Positions 1 to 12,130 of a stretch of DNA of 64,000 nucleotides are shown piece by piece. Location of the stretch: positions 205,282,001 through 205,346,000 of the forward strand of contig NC_042998.1 of assembly GCF_006345805.1 (NCBI RefSeq), written 5' to 3'. The stretch is from Octopus sinensis. Its lineage: Eukaryota. A program made the position numbers and the translations under genes. Within the stretch, counting starts at the first letter, position 1. Every line of letters starts with the position of its first letter. The notes under the pieces are model-generated. The model saw only the letters and a list, made by a program, of their open reading frames with translations. It ran no database searches and was not told the DNA's origin.

Positions 1-62
1 ACGCACGCACACACACACACACACTGTACTGAATATATTTTTTGGATGTCCTTGTTTTGCAG

Positions 63-221
63 ATTCCGGGAAGATTTATTCATTCGGTGCCAATGGTGAA
101 GGTCAGCTGGGCGTTGTTGGTGTTGAAAAGTCTGTGGAACCATACCATATCAAGAAATTACCATCTTGTAGTCACTATAAAGCACTGGCTGCTGGCTTTG
201 AACATTCTGTTTGTCTTACAG
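63..221 (+). CDS. RPGR: RPGR-like internal exon (RCC1-like repeat; upstream exons lie outside the window)
   Basis: ttgcag acceptor, 159 nt, donor gtaagt; encodes DSGKIYSFGANGEGQLGVVGVEKSVEPYHIKKLPSCSHYKALAAGFEHSVCLT, with the RCC1 signature G-x-N-x-x-G-Q-L-G...AG-x-x-H-S. Confidence 0.93.
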
Positions 222-285
222 GTAAGTTGGTCAGTTTTGGCTTCTGTTCATCATTTTAACATCTGCTTTTCCATGCTTGCATAGG

Positions 286-1076
286 TCATCATCATCATCA
301 TCATCGTTTAACGTCCGCTCTCCATGCTGGCATGGGTTGGATGATTTGACTGAGGACTGGTGAACGAGAAGGCTGCACTAGGCTCCAATCTTGATCTGGC
401 AGAGTTTCTACAGCTGGATGCCCTTCCCAACATTAACCACTTCAAGAGTGCAGTGGGTGCTTTTATGTGCCACCAACATGAGGACCAGTCAGGCGGTACT
501 GGCAACACTCAAATGGTGTTTTTTACATGCCACCTGCACAGGAGCCAGTCCAGCGGCACTGGCAATAACCTCGCTCGAATGTTTTTTCACGTGCCAGTAA
601 GCCGATGCTGGTAACGATCACGCTCGAATGGTGCTTTTTACGTGCCACCAGTACAGAAGCTGGTTTGCTGCTCTGGCAACGATCACACTTGGATGGTCCA
701 CTTAGCGCTCCAGTAGCACGGATGCCAGTCATCGTATTTGATTTCAATTTCACTTGCCTCAACAAGTCTTCGCAAGCAGAGTTTAGTGTCCAATGAAGGA
801 CAGGTACGCATAAGGGGGCGGTTACACCCCTGGCATAGGACATGGGTTATGGCCTCACATGGCTTGCCCAGTCTTCTCAAACACAGCAAATTTCCAAAGG
901 TCTCAGTCACTAGTCATTGCCTTGGTGAGGCCCAAAATTCGAAGGTCGTGCTTCACCACCTCATCCCAGGTCTTCCTGGGTCTACCTCTTCTACAGGTTC
1001 CCTCAACCACTAGGGTGTGGCACTTTTTCACACAGCTATCCTCATCCATTCTCACCACATGACCATACCAGCGCAG
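286..1076 (-). mobile_element. 3' part of the abundant RTE-type LINE family (RT C-terminus, modular 3' UTR, (GAT)n tail)
   Basis: reverse complement of the element at 60980-62029; (CAT)n at the left end. Confidence 0.8.
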
Positions 1077-1277
1077 TTGTCTTTATGAAGTTAACTGAAG
1101 CAGATTTTCTATGGCTCAATGTCTTTCCTGTTGCCAACACTCGCCTGTTGTCAGTATTTTCTCATGGCCAGACATTCTTCAAAGAAGATTGGAAACAAGG
1201 CACATGGCTCGGATGGCAGTGACCCCTATTTATAACTGTCATGCAGTGTTGAGACAAGGAAACATAAATACACACAC

Positions 1278-1560
1278 ATCATCATCATCATCGTTTAACA
1301 TGCGTTCTCCATGCTAGCATGGGTTGGATGGTTTGATCGGGGTTTGGGAAGCCAGGAGGCTGCACCAGGCTCCAGTCTGATCTGGCAGTGTTTCTACAGC
1401 TGGATGCCCTTCCTAACGCCAACCACTCCGTGAGTGTAGTGGGTGCTTTTTATGTGCCACTGGCACAGGTGCCAGGGGAGGCTGGCAATGGCCACGATCA
1501 GTTGGTGCTTTTTACGTGCCACCGGCACGGAAGCCAGTCAAGGTGGCACTGGCATCAACA
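1278..1560 (-). mobile_element. short 3' copy of the same RTE-tail family (more than 20 similar copies in the window)
   Basis: catcatcatcgtttaac...ctggatgcccttcctaacgccaaccactc core; also near 2170, 4790, 6720, 9145, 12385, 14360, 22975, 26985, 30800, 34820, 37000, 38200, 41860, 46580, 49590, 49975, 55945, 58985. Confidence 0.8.
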
Positions 1561-1562
1561 TG

Positions 1563-1594
<32 letters not shown>

Positions 1595-2802
1595 TATATA
1601 TACAATAGGCTTCTTTCAGTTTTCATTTATCAAATCTGCTCATTAGGCTTCGGTTAGCCCAGCATTAAGTTGAAGCCATTTGTCCTGAGATTCATTATAT
1701 GAACAATATTAGAAATGTCTAATGTGAAGATATCTTCTAAAATGTAGGGATTTAGAAACATTGGCATTAAAATAGAAATGGAAGATAAAAATTTACTCAG
1801 GAATATATCTTCAACTGTTTGGTAACAATATATCCTGGTATGGGGCTTTAATTTTTCAAATAATCAAGAATTATGGAAGGGTCAGTGAAATAATAAAAGA
1901 CAAATGTTTAGAGCTTTATACAAATGAAAGTTGGCTGAGAGAATCTGTAAAGTAGGAGACAAAATACCTTGTGGTGTTACAACCCTATATGTGCTCAACG
2001 CATCCCCTGCTTCGGTTGAGTTGGTCTTTTATGTTTCTAGCAGCTTGCCATCGTCCTCGCTTTTCCATGTTTGCATGGGTCGGACAGAATTCATGGAGCA
2101 GATTCTTTATAGCCAGATCCCCTTACTGTCACCAAATCTCACCTGCTTTCAAGCAAGGTAATACTTCCCCATACCCATGCTAGTCCCATGTCAAAAGCAC
2201 TGGTGCCGTTGTCACATAAATAGCACTGGTAAAATGTAAAGTGCACCCAGTACAATCTTTGAAGTGTCTGGCATTAGGAAGGGCATCCAGCCATAGAAAC
2301 CCTGCCAAACCAGACAAATGGAGCCAGGTGCTACCCTCCAGCTTGTCAGCTCTGGTCAAACTGTCCAAACCATGCCAGCATGAAAAACAGATGGTAAATG
2401 ATGATGATGACCAGACCTCTGTTTCCACAGATGGTCACTATCCTGTGATGTTAATAGAAATTAATTGCTTTCATGTATTAACTAAATTTTAAATTGAATT
2501 GTGAACACTCTAATAACAAATGATCATTTGTTTTGTTTTGTGTTTTTCATATTTCTGTTAGAATATTTTCCCTTTGTTTTAATTAACTTTTAAAATAATT
2601 AAGCTGTTGTTCAGAACATAAATTATCATGTAATTTTGATGAGAGGGAGCTTAATTTAGATTTTTTAAAACAAGTTTGTATTACAAAACCAGAGTCTGTC
2701 ACAGATGGGACAAAGAGTGGTTTTTTTTCTGTCCGGAAGATGTTACAAAAACAATCTGTTGTTTTTCCAACTGTTTCACTCTTCTATGGTATTTAGACCA
2801 CT

Positions 2803-3042
2803 TAAGGGTCGTGAGCTGGCAGAATCGTTAGCACACGGGGCGAAATGCTTAGCAGTATTTCGTCTGTCGTTACGTTCTGAGTTCAAATTCCGCCGAGGTC
2901 GACTTTGCCTTTCATCCTTTCGGGGTCGATTAGATAAAGTACCAGTTACGCACTGGGGTCAATATAATCGACTTAATCCGTTTGTCTGTCCTTGTTTGTC
3001 CCTTCTGTGTTTAGCCCCTTGTGGGTAGTAATGAAATAAATA
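2803..3042 (+). mobile_element. tRNA-derived SINE (Meta/MESC-like core)
   Basis: head gagctggcagaatcgttagc, B-box-like gagttcaaattcc, core gcctttcatcctttcggggtcgat...agtaccag; other copies near 5915, 23885, 28040(-), 41225, 42205, 42960-43380, 62370-63400. Confidence 0.8.
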
Positions 3043-3068
3043 TTCAGACTGGTGTTTCCTTGTTTCAG

Positions 3069-3218
3069 AGTCTGGAGATGTGTATGTCTGGGGAAGTAAC
3101 AGTGAAGGTCAGCTTGGATTTGGTGACCTTACAGAATCCTATGTGCCAACCCGATTGCTAGCAGAAGAAACCATCAAGTCTGTGGCTGTAGGATATTATC
3201 ACACAGCATTATTGACCG
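3069..3218 (+). CDS. RPGR: RPGR exon (RCC1-like repeat)
   Basis: tttcag acceptor, 150 nt, donor gttcgt; ESGDVYVWGSNSEGQLGFGDLTESYVPTRLLAEETIKSVAVGYYHTALLT; phase 1/1. Confidence 0.93.
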
Positions 3219-3319
3219 GTTCGTATCTGATTTTATATTTATTGTTTTATATCTTTCAGTCGTTACACTGTGACCATGCTGGGGCACTGACCTGAAGAAT
3301 TTTGAGTTGAATGAATCAA

Positions 3320-4416
3320 TCCCTTGTCCAGAGTCTGATGATGCAGCTGCATTATTTTCTCGCCTCTGACATTTGTCTTCAAGAGAGGCACTGCAAGGGA
3401 TCTCCAAGAAGGAAACAGCATCACCGATGGTATGGTGCCAAGTAGCATGGTCAACTGTTAGAGTGGAACACTCACGATAATCAATGTCACAAATGCTAAG
3501 GGACTGCTTCAAGCAGTCCTTGAAACACTTCTTTGGTGCCCTCCTGTTGTGGTAGTCAGTGGTTAGCTCACCATACATGATGATCTTAGGTAGGCGGTGG
3601 TCTTTCATCCTGTCAACATGTCCTGTCCAGTGTAGTCATGTTTCAAATAAAATGGCTTCCAGGCTGGTGACTTTTGCTCCCTTGAGGGCCTCAGTGTTGG
3701 TGATGTAGTTGCTCCAGTAGATGTTAAGGATGATACGAAGACGTCGTTGGTGAAAACGTTCAAGGAGCCTGAGATGACAGTGGTAGGGGGCCCCGGACTC
3801 AGAGCCATGCAGGAGCATCATCAGGACTCAGAGCCCTGTAGACTCTGACTTTTCTGCTGATCTTAAAATGCTTATTATTGCACACATGCTTGCACAGTCT
3901 GCCAAATGCCTTGTTTGCCTGTCTGTTGTCGATTTCTTTGTTGATATTCACATCTGATGAAATGGTATATCCAAGATAAGTGAACTGCTGTACCGACTTC
4001 AGTTCTGTTTCGGCAAGGATAATGTGGGGCATCCTGTACTCTTCCTGGGGAGCTGGTTGGTCTTCAGTCTTTTTCAAGCTTACTTCCAGCCCAAAGACCT
4101 GGGCAGCCTCTGCAAAGCAGGATGTGGTGTGCTGCAGGGCTCTTTCTGTGTGTGCAACAAGTGCAGCACCATCTGCAGAGAGGAGGTCCTGGATGATTTG
4201 CTGTTGTGTCTTGGTGTGGGCCAGTAAGCGCCGGAGGTTGAAGAGACTGCCGTTCAGATAATAACTGATGTAGATGCCATCTTCAGCATCGAGGTCTGCA
4301 GTGGCCTGCCTGAGAATCATGCTAAAAAAGATGCTGAAGAGAGTCGGTGCTAGGACACAGCCCTGCTTCATGCCTTTGTTGATGGGGAATTGCTCTGATA
4401 TAATGAAATACCACAT
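3320..4416 (-). mobile_element. RTE/BovB-like LINE reverse transcriptase fragment, frameshifted
   Basis: ORFs with KQGCVLAPTLFSIFF, LLSADGAAL, FTYLGYTIS, LLHGSES, RLPKIIMYGEL. Confidence 0.88.
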
Positions 4417-4545
4417 ACCTACAAATCATTAGTATTGATTTGACTGGTGAGTCTCTGTGCTCAAGGAGATCCATCTGTCTTGGCAAAAATGAGCTCCTAA
4501 TTAAGAAATCATTAATTAATGTATTTTCGTTTTAACTTATTTCAG

Positions 4546-4701
4546 AAAATGGCTCTGTCTATGTTTTTGGTGAAACAGAAGGTGGGAAACTTGGTCTTGG
4601 AGATGAAATCAAGAAATGTCGCACACCAGTTAGACTGGTGTCTTTTGACGCAACTGTTCAGTCAATTTCTTGTGGAAGTTCTTATACAGCACTAATTACC
4701 A
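4546..4701 (+). CDS. RPGR: RPGR exon (RCC1-like repeat)
   Basis: tttcag acceptor, 156 nt, donor gtaagt; ENGSVYVFGETEGGKLGLGDEIKKCRTPVRLVSFDATVQSISCGSSYTALIT. Confidence 0.93.
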
Positions 4702-5706
4702 GTAAGTATTTAATTATCAGTATTTTAATTAACTACATTTTGCCCCTGTTAGTGTTGGTGAAAACATTGTTATGGTGTTATATAAAAAGCCCCGGTGCTG
4801 GTGCCACATACAAAGCCCCCAGTACATTCTGTGGAGTGGTTGGCATTAGGAAGGGCATCCAGCTGCAGAAACCCTCCTGTTAAATCAGCCAGCCCATGTC
4901 AGCAGGGAAAATGGAGGTTAATGATAATGACGATAATGATGATGATGACATTAGTGAGGTCCCCAAGTAACTCATAAAACAAGACCCCTCAACCGAATGG
5001 GAAGAGGATTTCACTCTTGATGCAGGGTTAAAAGTTGAAAGAAAAGGGCCAGAATAGAACAAGTTTTTTGCTGTAGAGGAGTTAAATGACTGGTTACCTT
5101 ATAGAAGGGTTTGGGTGGTGAGTGAGTGAGAGTGTGGGCTTATTTGTGTGAAATAAATAAAAAGGCAGAAATATCAACCGTCATTTGAACTTCTGATCTA
5201 TGAGCTGGTAATCTAGTACTGTGTACTGTAGTGTCAACCAGTGACCTGGTATTTAGGGCCTCCAAGACTGGTGGTGATAGGGTTATCCACAGACCAGATA
5301 TGTGACCTGGATGGAATTGCCTAAAAATGCCAAATGGCTTGATACTAAACTGCACCACCGCCCAGTAACAGGAATCCCTCCTCTGGCAGGCTTCCATTCA
5401 GTTTCCGTCTGTTAATTTCCAATGACAAATCTTTGATTGACTCAAGGCTAAAAAGCTTTTGGCCAAGGTGCAGCACACTGAGATTGAACTCAAAACTATG
5501 CTGTGGCAGGGCCAACCTCTTAACCACACATCCATGCCTGGTCACACATTTGTTCCATGTCCAAAGATGGTTTACCAGGAGCCTGACCAACAAACTTGAC
5601 CAGTCAACAACTCAAAATGTTTTTGTCTGTTGTAGGAAAATAAAAGAAAAATAATTCCAACTCTGAAAATTCTTGAAATGTCTGCAAATATTTGTGTCTT
5701 CCACAG

Positions 5707-5859
5707 AACAAAATGAACTCTACACATTTGGAACTGGTTCCAATGGAGAACTTGGTCATGGAACCAGCCAACAGATGTTATCAACCCCAAAGAAAGTCTG
5801 TTTACCATTTCAGGTGAAAGCAGTTTCCTGTGGTGCAAATCATACAGCGATAATAACAG
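5707..5859 (+). CDS. RPGR: RPGR exon (RCC1-like repeat)
   Basis: ccacag acceptor, 153 nt, donor gtaaag; KQNELYTFGTGSNGELGHGTSQQMLSTPKKVCLPFQVKAVSCGANHTAIIT. Confidence 0.93.
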
Positions 5860-6166
5860 GTAAAGCATTTGTTCAGCCTCTGCCCTTCACTGGGATCTTT
5901 ATTGGTTGAGTGGAGTTTTTACATCCTTTCAGGGTCAATGAAATAAAGTTTCAGTCAAATGCTGGGGTTTATAATGCCCCTCCCCTCAAAATTTCAGGAT
6001 TTGTTCAAATGATTATGATTATTGTATTTATCTCAATTGTAAACAGGTAAATTTGTATCCCAGCATGCATTAGCTGCAACTAAAATGGTTGGCATAAGAT
6101 AAGGACATCAAAAAATCTTGTCCAACCCATGACAGCATAGAAAGTTGACAATTGTTATTACTTTTA

Positions 6167-6210
<44 letters not shown>

Positions 6211-6214
6211 GACG

Positions 6215-6720
6215 TCAAACAGTATCCAATATCGTGAGGTTGTTGATTGAAGATATTATGTCTACCAGGCGGGGGTTGCACTGTTTGTCAAGTCACAACA
6301 AGGACCTCAGACAGACACTACTTTATGCAATATGCATGCAATTACAAGCAATGCCAATTTTTTGCAATATTCCTAGAATGTAGGGTATTTCTAAGGTTTT
6401 CAGATGTTTTTTTTTTTCAGATTGGGTGGTATTGAACTCTGTGCTCCAATGACAAAAGGGACAAACTTTCTGTTCAACTCTTGTAGCTGCCACATCTTAG
6501 TGATTTCAATTCTAAGCTCTCCATAATTATCAAACTTTTCTCTTTCTTTCATGATGATATGTTGATCTCCTGGCTCTGCCACGTCAATTATTAGGCCCTC
6601 TTGTTTGTCCCTCCTAAAGGTTACCTTATCCGGCCTTTGGTGCTCTAACACTTTGTCTGTCTGGAAGTCAAACTCCCGCACATTTGAGTGTGAGGTGTAA
6701 CCAGCCAACTTATGAATACC
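6215..6720 (-). mobile_element. R4/Dong-like non-LTR retrotransposon, restriction-like endonuclease C-terminus
   Basis: DFQTDKVLEHQRPD...LIIDVAEPGD...EREKFDNYGEL...VPFVIGA (RPD...DV motif); a second fragment at about 7290-7470. Confidence 0.75.
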
Positions 6721-7523
6721 CCTCATTCATTGGACAATAAACTTTGCTTGCAAAGACCTTTTGAGGCAAGTGAAATCAAAATCAAAATTGCTGACGTGGC
6801 TGATGACAGTACTGCCTGATTGGCACATGTGCCAGTGGAACATTAAAAGCACATCTGAGTGTGATTATTGCCAGGGCCGCAGATTGGCTCCTGTGCTGGT
6901 GGCACGTAAAAAGCACCATTTGAGCATGCTCATTGCCTTACTGGCACATGTGCCAGTGGCATGTGAAAAACATTTGAGTATGGTCATTGCCAGTGCCGCC
7001 TTACTGGCCCTCATGTTGGTGGCACGTAAAAGACATCCACTACACTCTTGGGAATGGTTGGCATTAGGAAGGGCATCCAGCTGTAGAAACCTTGCCAGAT
7101 CAGATTGGAGCCTGGTGCTTCCTTCTGTCTCGCCAGTCCTCAGTTAAACCATCCAACCCATGCCAGCATGGAAAGCGGACATTAAACAATGATGATGATG
7201 ATGATGATTATTTTAACTCAGGGTCTTGTTGGAGCTCCTGGAATCTTATATGAATGGCAGATTTGCTACTTGCAGCTTAAAGTACCATTCTATCTGTTCT
7301 TTGCAACTATCTGATGCTTCCCTGATGATTCTGGCTGTGACCAAGAGGCAAAGATTACAAAAAAAATTTTGGTAACAGTTCTACTGGGCTCTCTATTGCC
7401 ATTTTCTTTATATTCCTCTCGATATCTTTTGAAATTGTTCCCAAGGCCCCAACAATAATTGTCACTGCCTTTGTTGTTGTCATTGTTCCATGTGTATGTG
7501 GGTATTTTGAAAACACCTCACGA

Positions 7524-8338
7524 CAACACTTTTTCTGACTTCCCTGATGACTTCAGTAATTGCAGTATTTGTTGTTGTAATATTATTTGTTGTTGCTTTA
7601 GCTGTTGTTCTTGCAGTTGTAGCTGCTGCTGTTGCTGTTGAGCGAAGTGGTCTTCATCCCTTTAGTGGGAGAAGTCCACAACGTGGTCCTTTGCTATTCG
7701 TAAGACCCGCAGAAGAGAAAGCAAGTCAACCCCTGACACCGAGAGCATCGACGGATGGATGAATGCGCATCCAGGCTCAGCGGTTGCGTATGAAGTCGGG
7801 GACAAGAAACAGGAAGAAAGAGTGAGAGAAAGTTGTGGTGAAAGAGTACAGCAGGGTTCGCCACCACCCCCTGCCGGAGCCTCGTGGTGCTTTAGGTGTT
7901 TTCGCTCAATAAGCACTCACAACGCCCGGTCTGGGAATTGAAATCGCGATCCTCCAACCACGCGTCCGCTGCCCTAATCATTGGACCATTGCGCCTCCAC
8001 TGTAGCTGCTGTTATTCTTGTTGCAACTCGACCAAACTGGCCAACAAATTTTCCATAATTTTACGATTTTTTTTTCATGAAATTTGCACAACTCCTCTCC
8101 AAGTTTCTATTATCTCCACAGGAATTGGTTTATCCTCGTCACCACTGTTATAATCCTTATTATGTTGGATTATCATAACACCTACTTCGGTACACAGTAT
8201 ACTTAGTAAAACCAGTAAAGACATGACTATCTCTGACCACCTTCTGTGTACTCTGGTACTTCTCTTTACTTATAGTGCCTAGATTATTCCATTCGTCACG
8301 TGGCAGGGATCTACCATTATTACTAATTCCCAACAACA
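7524..8338 (-). mobile_element. Gypsy LTR retrotransposon 5' remnant (LTR 8146-8338, PBS-like site, gag start), split by a SINE
   Basis: minus strand TGTTG...TAACA, then GTGGTGACGAGGAT; homologous to 10044-10545. Confidence 0.72.
7640..8001 (-). mobile_element. tRNA-derived SINE (second family)
   Basis: minus strand head GGAGGCGCAATGGTCCAATGATTAGGGCAGCGG...GATTTCAATTCCCAGACC; similar copy at 31021-31368. Confidence 0.8.
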
Positions 8339-8772
8339 CAGTATCTGGTTAGTGTTCATACAGCTTTTCTGCTGCTTTCAATCCACACACTTGGCTAACA
8401 TTCTAATGCACTCTTTGATGCTTGTTAGCCAACATATGGCATTCACACAAGAGATGGTTAATATTTTCATTACTTTTCCCCACAGATTCTGCATTTACTG
8501 TCTGGCTGAGTTTTATTAATCTTTGTCTTTCAATATCCCAGACTAAAATGTCTTATGATATTAGTGGCATCTCTTTAGAATCTAAGATCAAATCCTACCA
8601 GGTTTGTAATTCCTCTGAGAGGAATCTATAAAGTATGTGCCAGTAACATATTGAGGGTCTTTTAATCACCTGCTCCCTTTCTTTATAGATCTGGGGAGGC
8701 AGGGAGCTTGTACCAAATGCCATAAACCTTTCGCATTGCACTTAATAGCATTGTTGTTATTTCTTCTTTTAG

Positions 8773-8897
8773 AAGATGGTTATCTTTATACATTTGGAGA
8801 TAGTCGCCATGGCAAGTTGGCCCAGGGAGAAGACTCTTACTCCAACCTGTTTGAACCGTGTCTCGTTGATCAATTTGAATCTTATGCAATTGATAAA
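8773..8897 (+). CDS. RPGR: RPGR exon (RCC1-like repeat)
   Basis: ttttag acceptor, 125 nt, donor gtaagt; EDGYLYTFGDSRHGKLAQGEDSYSNLFEPCLVDQFESYAIDK; FGD-x-RHGKL is typical of RPGR; phase 1/0. Confidence 0.94.
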
Positions 8898-9998
8898 GTA
8901 AGTTTTTATTTTTCATGATACTTTTTTTACAGATTTTCACTTTTTTAGTCCCAAACCTTCAGAGACCACACCAAGTGTTATGTGACACAATCCGTTCTAA
9001 AATTTAGAATTAATGTATAGACTTCCCATTATTATAAAAAACAATTGACAACTTCCACTTCACATGCTTAAGGAGAATATTTGACATCAAGTGGCTGCAA
9101 AGAGTTCAAATTCATACAGTTGAGATGGCAACTAGTGTCAACAAGATCATCATCATCATCATCATCATCATTTAACGTCCGCTTTCCATGCTGGCATGGG
9201 TTGAATGGTTTGACTGAGGACTGGCAAGCCAGAAGGCTGCACCAGGCTCCAATCTGATCTGGCAGAGTTTCTACAGCTGGATGCCCTTCCTAATGCCAAC
9301 CACTCTGAGCGTGTAGTGGATGCTTTTACTTGCCACTGGCATGAGGGCCAGTCAGGCAGTTCTGGCAACAACTACGCTCAAAAGGTGGTTTTTACGTGCT
9401 ACCTGCATGGGAGCCAGTCCGGTGGCCTGGCAACAATCATGTTTGAATGTTATTTTTCATGTTCCACTGGCACACGTGTCAGTACGGTGACGCTGGCATT
9501 GATCACGCTCAAATGGTGCTTTTCACGTGTCACCAGCACAGGAGCCAGTTAGTGGCTCTGGCAACGATCACACTCGGATGGAACTTTTAATGTTCCACTG
9601 GTATGAGTGCCAATCAGGCAGTACTCTCATATCTAGGCCATTTCGTTTTGCTTTCATTTGTTGTCGGAATCCCCTTCTGCTGGGTTCACTCTTGATCCAG
9701 CATTCAATTACAGTTTGGTTTGTGTCCCTATTTCACCTTCTTCTCTGCCTCTGGTTTTGTGTATAAGCAGTCTCTGGATGATGACCAGGCCTGCGCTGCT
9801 CAATCACAGGGCTCCTTCCAGGTGAAAGGCTTTCACCTTTGGTTCCAGCCTCATTAACACTGTTATTTGATACTTTTGTATTAGACATGTTCACTCAACA
9901 ATGAGGTTTGTGTTTTAAGGTTAGCCACCAACTGGTATTTTTATCAAGACCAGTTCTAGTAAGATTGTCAATCAAAACTGCAGAGCTTATTATTATTG

Positions 9999-10029
<31 letters not shown>

Positions 10030-10043
10030 CATCATTATCATTA

Positions 10044-10870
10044 TGTTGTAGGGAATTAGTAATAATGGTATGCCTTTCCCAAGTGACAAATGGATGGTAT
10101 GAGTCAGTCACTATAAATAGGAGAACACAAGACAGTATGTAGTAGGTAGTCAGAGATAGTCGTGTTGTTACTGGTATTACTAAGTACACCGAGCTGGGCA
10201 TTATAACACTCCAGCATTTTAAGGATATTACAACAGTGGTGAGGAGGATTTAAACAACACATGAGGAATTAATAAACTCAACAGGGATTTAAACAACTCA
10301 CGAGTATTTTTGACAACTCATAAGAAATTAATAAACTCACAAAAGTTTTTGTTGTGTGAATTTTGCAGGTAAAAATCGTAAAATTATTGAAAATTTGTTG
10401 TCCAGTTTAGTTGAGTTGCAACAATAGCAACTGAAAGTAAGACAACAACAGCAGCTACAACTGCAAGAACAACAGCAGCAAATAATATTACAACAACAAA
10501 TGCTGCAATTACTAAAGTCATCAGGAAAGTGAGAAAAAGTGTTCTGGACAGACTGTGTTGCGAACTCCATAACAGAGTCCAAATATGACCTGACGAAGGA
10601 GTTAGGTTTGAATCATACAACAGAAGATCTGAGCAAATGTTTGAGAGAGAATGTAAAGATTGGGACAACAAGATGAGAAATGAACTTAATCTTGAGAGAA
10701 CTGGTAGCAACAGAACAAGAAAACCTTCTGACATAAACTTTAATGACACAATAGGGATATTGTGTAAAACTGTCAGTGATAAAAAGCTCATTGTTCAACA
10801 CACAATGGAAGTGTTTGAACATAGAGAAAAACAATGATGAGGAAAACATCATAGAGAGAAAACAGGGAAT
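10044..10870 (+). mobile_element. Gypsy LTR retrotransposon 5' remnant (LTR 10044-10235, PBS-like site, degenerate gag)
   Basis: TGTTG...CAACA, then GTGGTGAGGAGGAT; poly-Q then ANSITESKYD...GVRFESYNRRSEQMFERECKDWDNK, resembling Gypsy gag N-termini. Confidence 0.72.
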
Positions 10871-11064
10871 GTGAGAAGTTTAAGTTGGACAGATTAATGC
10901 CACTTATGTTCAAGTGCCTGATTTTTACGCAGGGGCTCACGGCCTGAAAGTGGGGCAGAAGCTAGAAGTTATTTATTTCTTTGTTTGTTAAGTTAGTGTT
11001 TGGAACACAACAGAAAAGTTATTGTGTAAAATTCTGATGGCAGAATTTAATTGAATTTAAACAG

Positions 11065-11715
11065 ATGGATGATGAGAGCTGTGTGAAGAAATGCCACTCC
11101 CAAACTGTTGAAGGAATCCGGGGTAGAGGTAGACCCAGGAAGACATGGATGAGGTGGTCTAACATGACCTTTGTGCGTTGGGCCTCACAGAGACAATGAC
11201 GAAAGACTGAGACCTCTGGAGATATGCTGTGACTTTGAAGACCCGACAAATGAAGTGAGTTTATGGCTTGCAGGACGGCCTGCTGTGCTAACCTTGGATC
11301 GTAGAGTGACCCGCTATTTTTGAGGAGACCTGTTGAGTCAAGTACGTCAACACCAACATCAAAATGAAAATCAAATGGAAATTATAGTTAAGATACCCAT
11401 ACCGGTGGCACGTAAAAACACCTTCCAAACATGGCCAATGTCAGTGCCACCTGACTGGCGTCCGTGTTGGTGACACGTAAAAGCACCAACCGATCGTGGC
11501 CATTTGCCAGCCTCCTCTGGCCCCTGTGCTAGTGGCACATAAAAAACACCCACTACACTCATGGAGTGGTTGGCGTTAGGAAGGGCATCCAGCTGTAGAA
11601 ACTCTGCCAGATCAGATTGGAGCCTGGCACAACCTCCTGGCTTCCCAGACCCCGGTCGAACCATCCAACCCATGCTAGCATGGAAAGCGGATGTTAAACG
11701 ATGATGATGATGATG
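11065..11715 (+). mobile_element. 3' part of the RTE-type LINE family
   Basis: RT tail (GRGRPRKTW...), modular UTR, (GAT)n tail. Confidence 0.8.
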
Positions 11716-11947
11716 TTTGACATTTTATCATAATTGAATGGAAACTAAAAGAATCACTGTCACCAATTCCTTAAATGTAATATTTTCATTCTCTTTTACT
11801 GTTTCTCTCTCCTTCATGTGGAATCAAGTAGAAAATCTTGAGAAAATTGTTTTATTTTGTAATTTTCAAATTTCAAACCAGAAAATAATCCTGCCTTGAC
11901 TAACAACTTGAATTATTAAATTTATTATTTCTGCCTTTGTGCCTCAG

Positions 11948-12130
11948 GTTGTTTGTGGTGGCTGTCACACGATGGTCATGGCACATCAGAAACCTTCCCT
12001 TAATACTTCACATCCAGAAAATACTAACAGTTCGGCCAAAACCTTTAAAGTCCTACCGCCAGCCATATTGAGTTGTTCAACTGATTTCTCTGGAACTCTC
12101 TCTGCAAGAGACCGGCGTCGACAAACTACA
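11948..12130 (+). CDS. RPGR: RPGR exon (end of RCC1-like domain)
   Basis: cctcag acceptor, 183 nt, donor gtaaga; VVCGGCHTMVMA...FSGTLSARDRRRQTT resembles RPGR VACGGCHM...TLSARMRRR. Confidence 0.93.

Noticed and set aside
360-1013. Recurrent short ORFs with FLQLDALPN / WLALGRASS peptides throughout the window
   Set aside because: Translations of the non-coding 3' end of a high-copy retroelement.
7960-8001. tRNA gene (also the heads at 2810 and 31330)
   Set aside because: A/B-box-like heads run into SINE bodies and no complete cloverleaf is evident.
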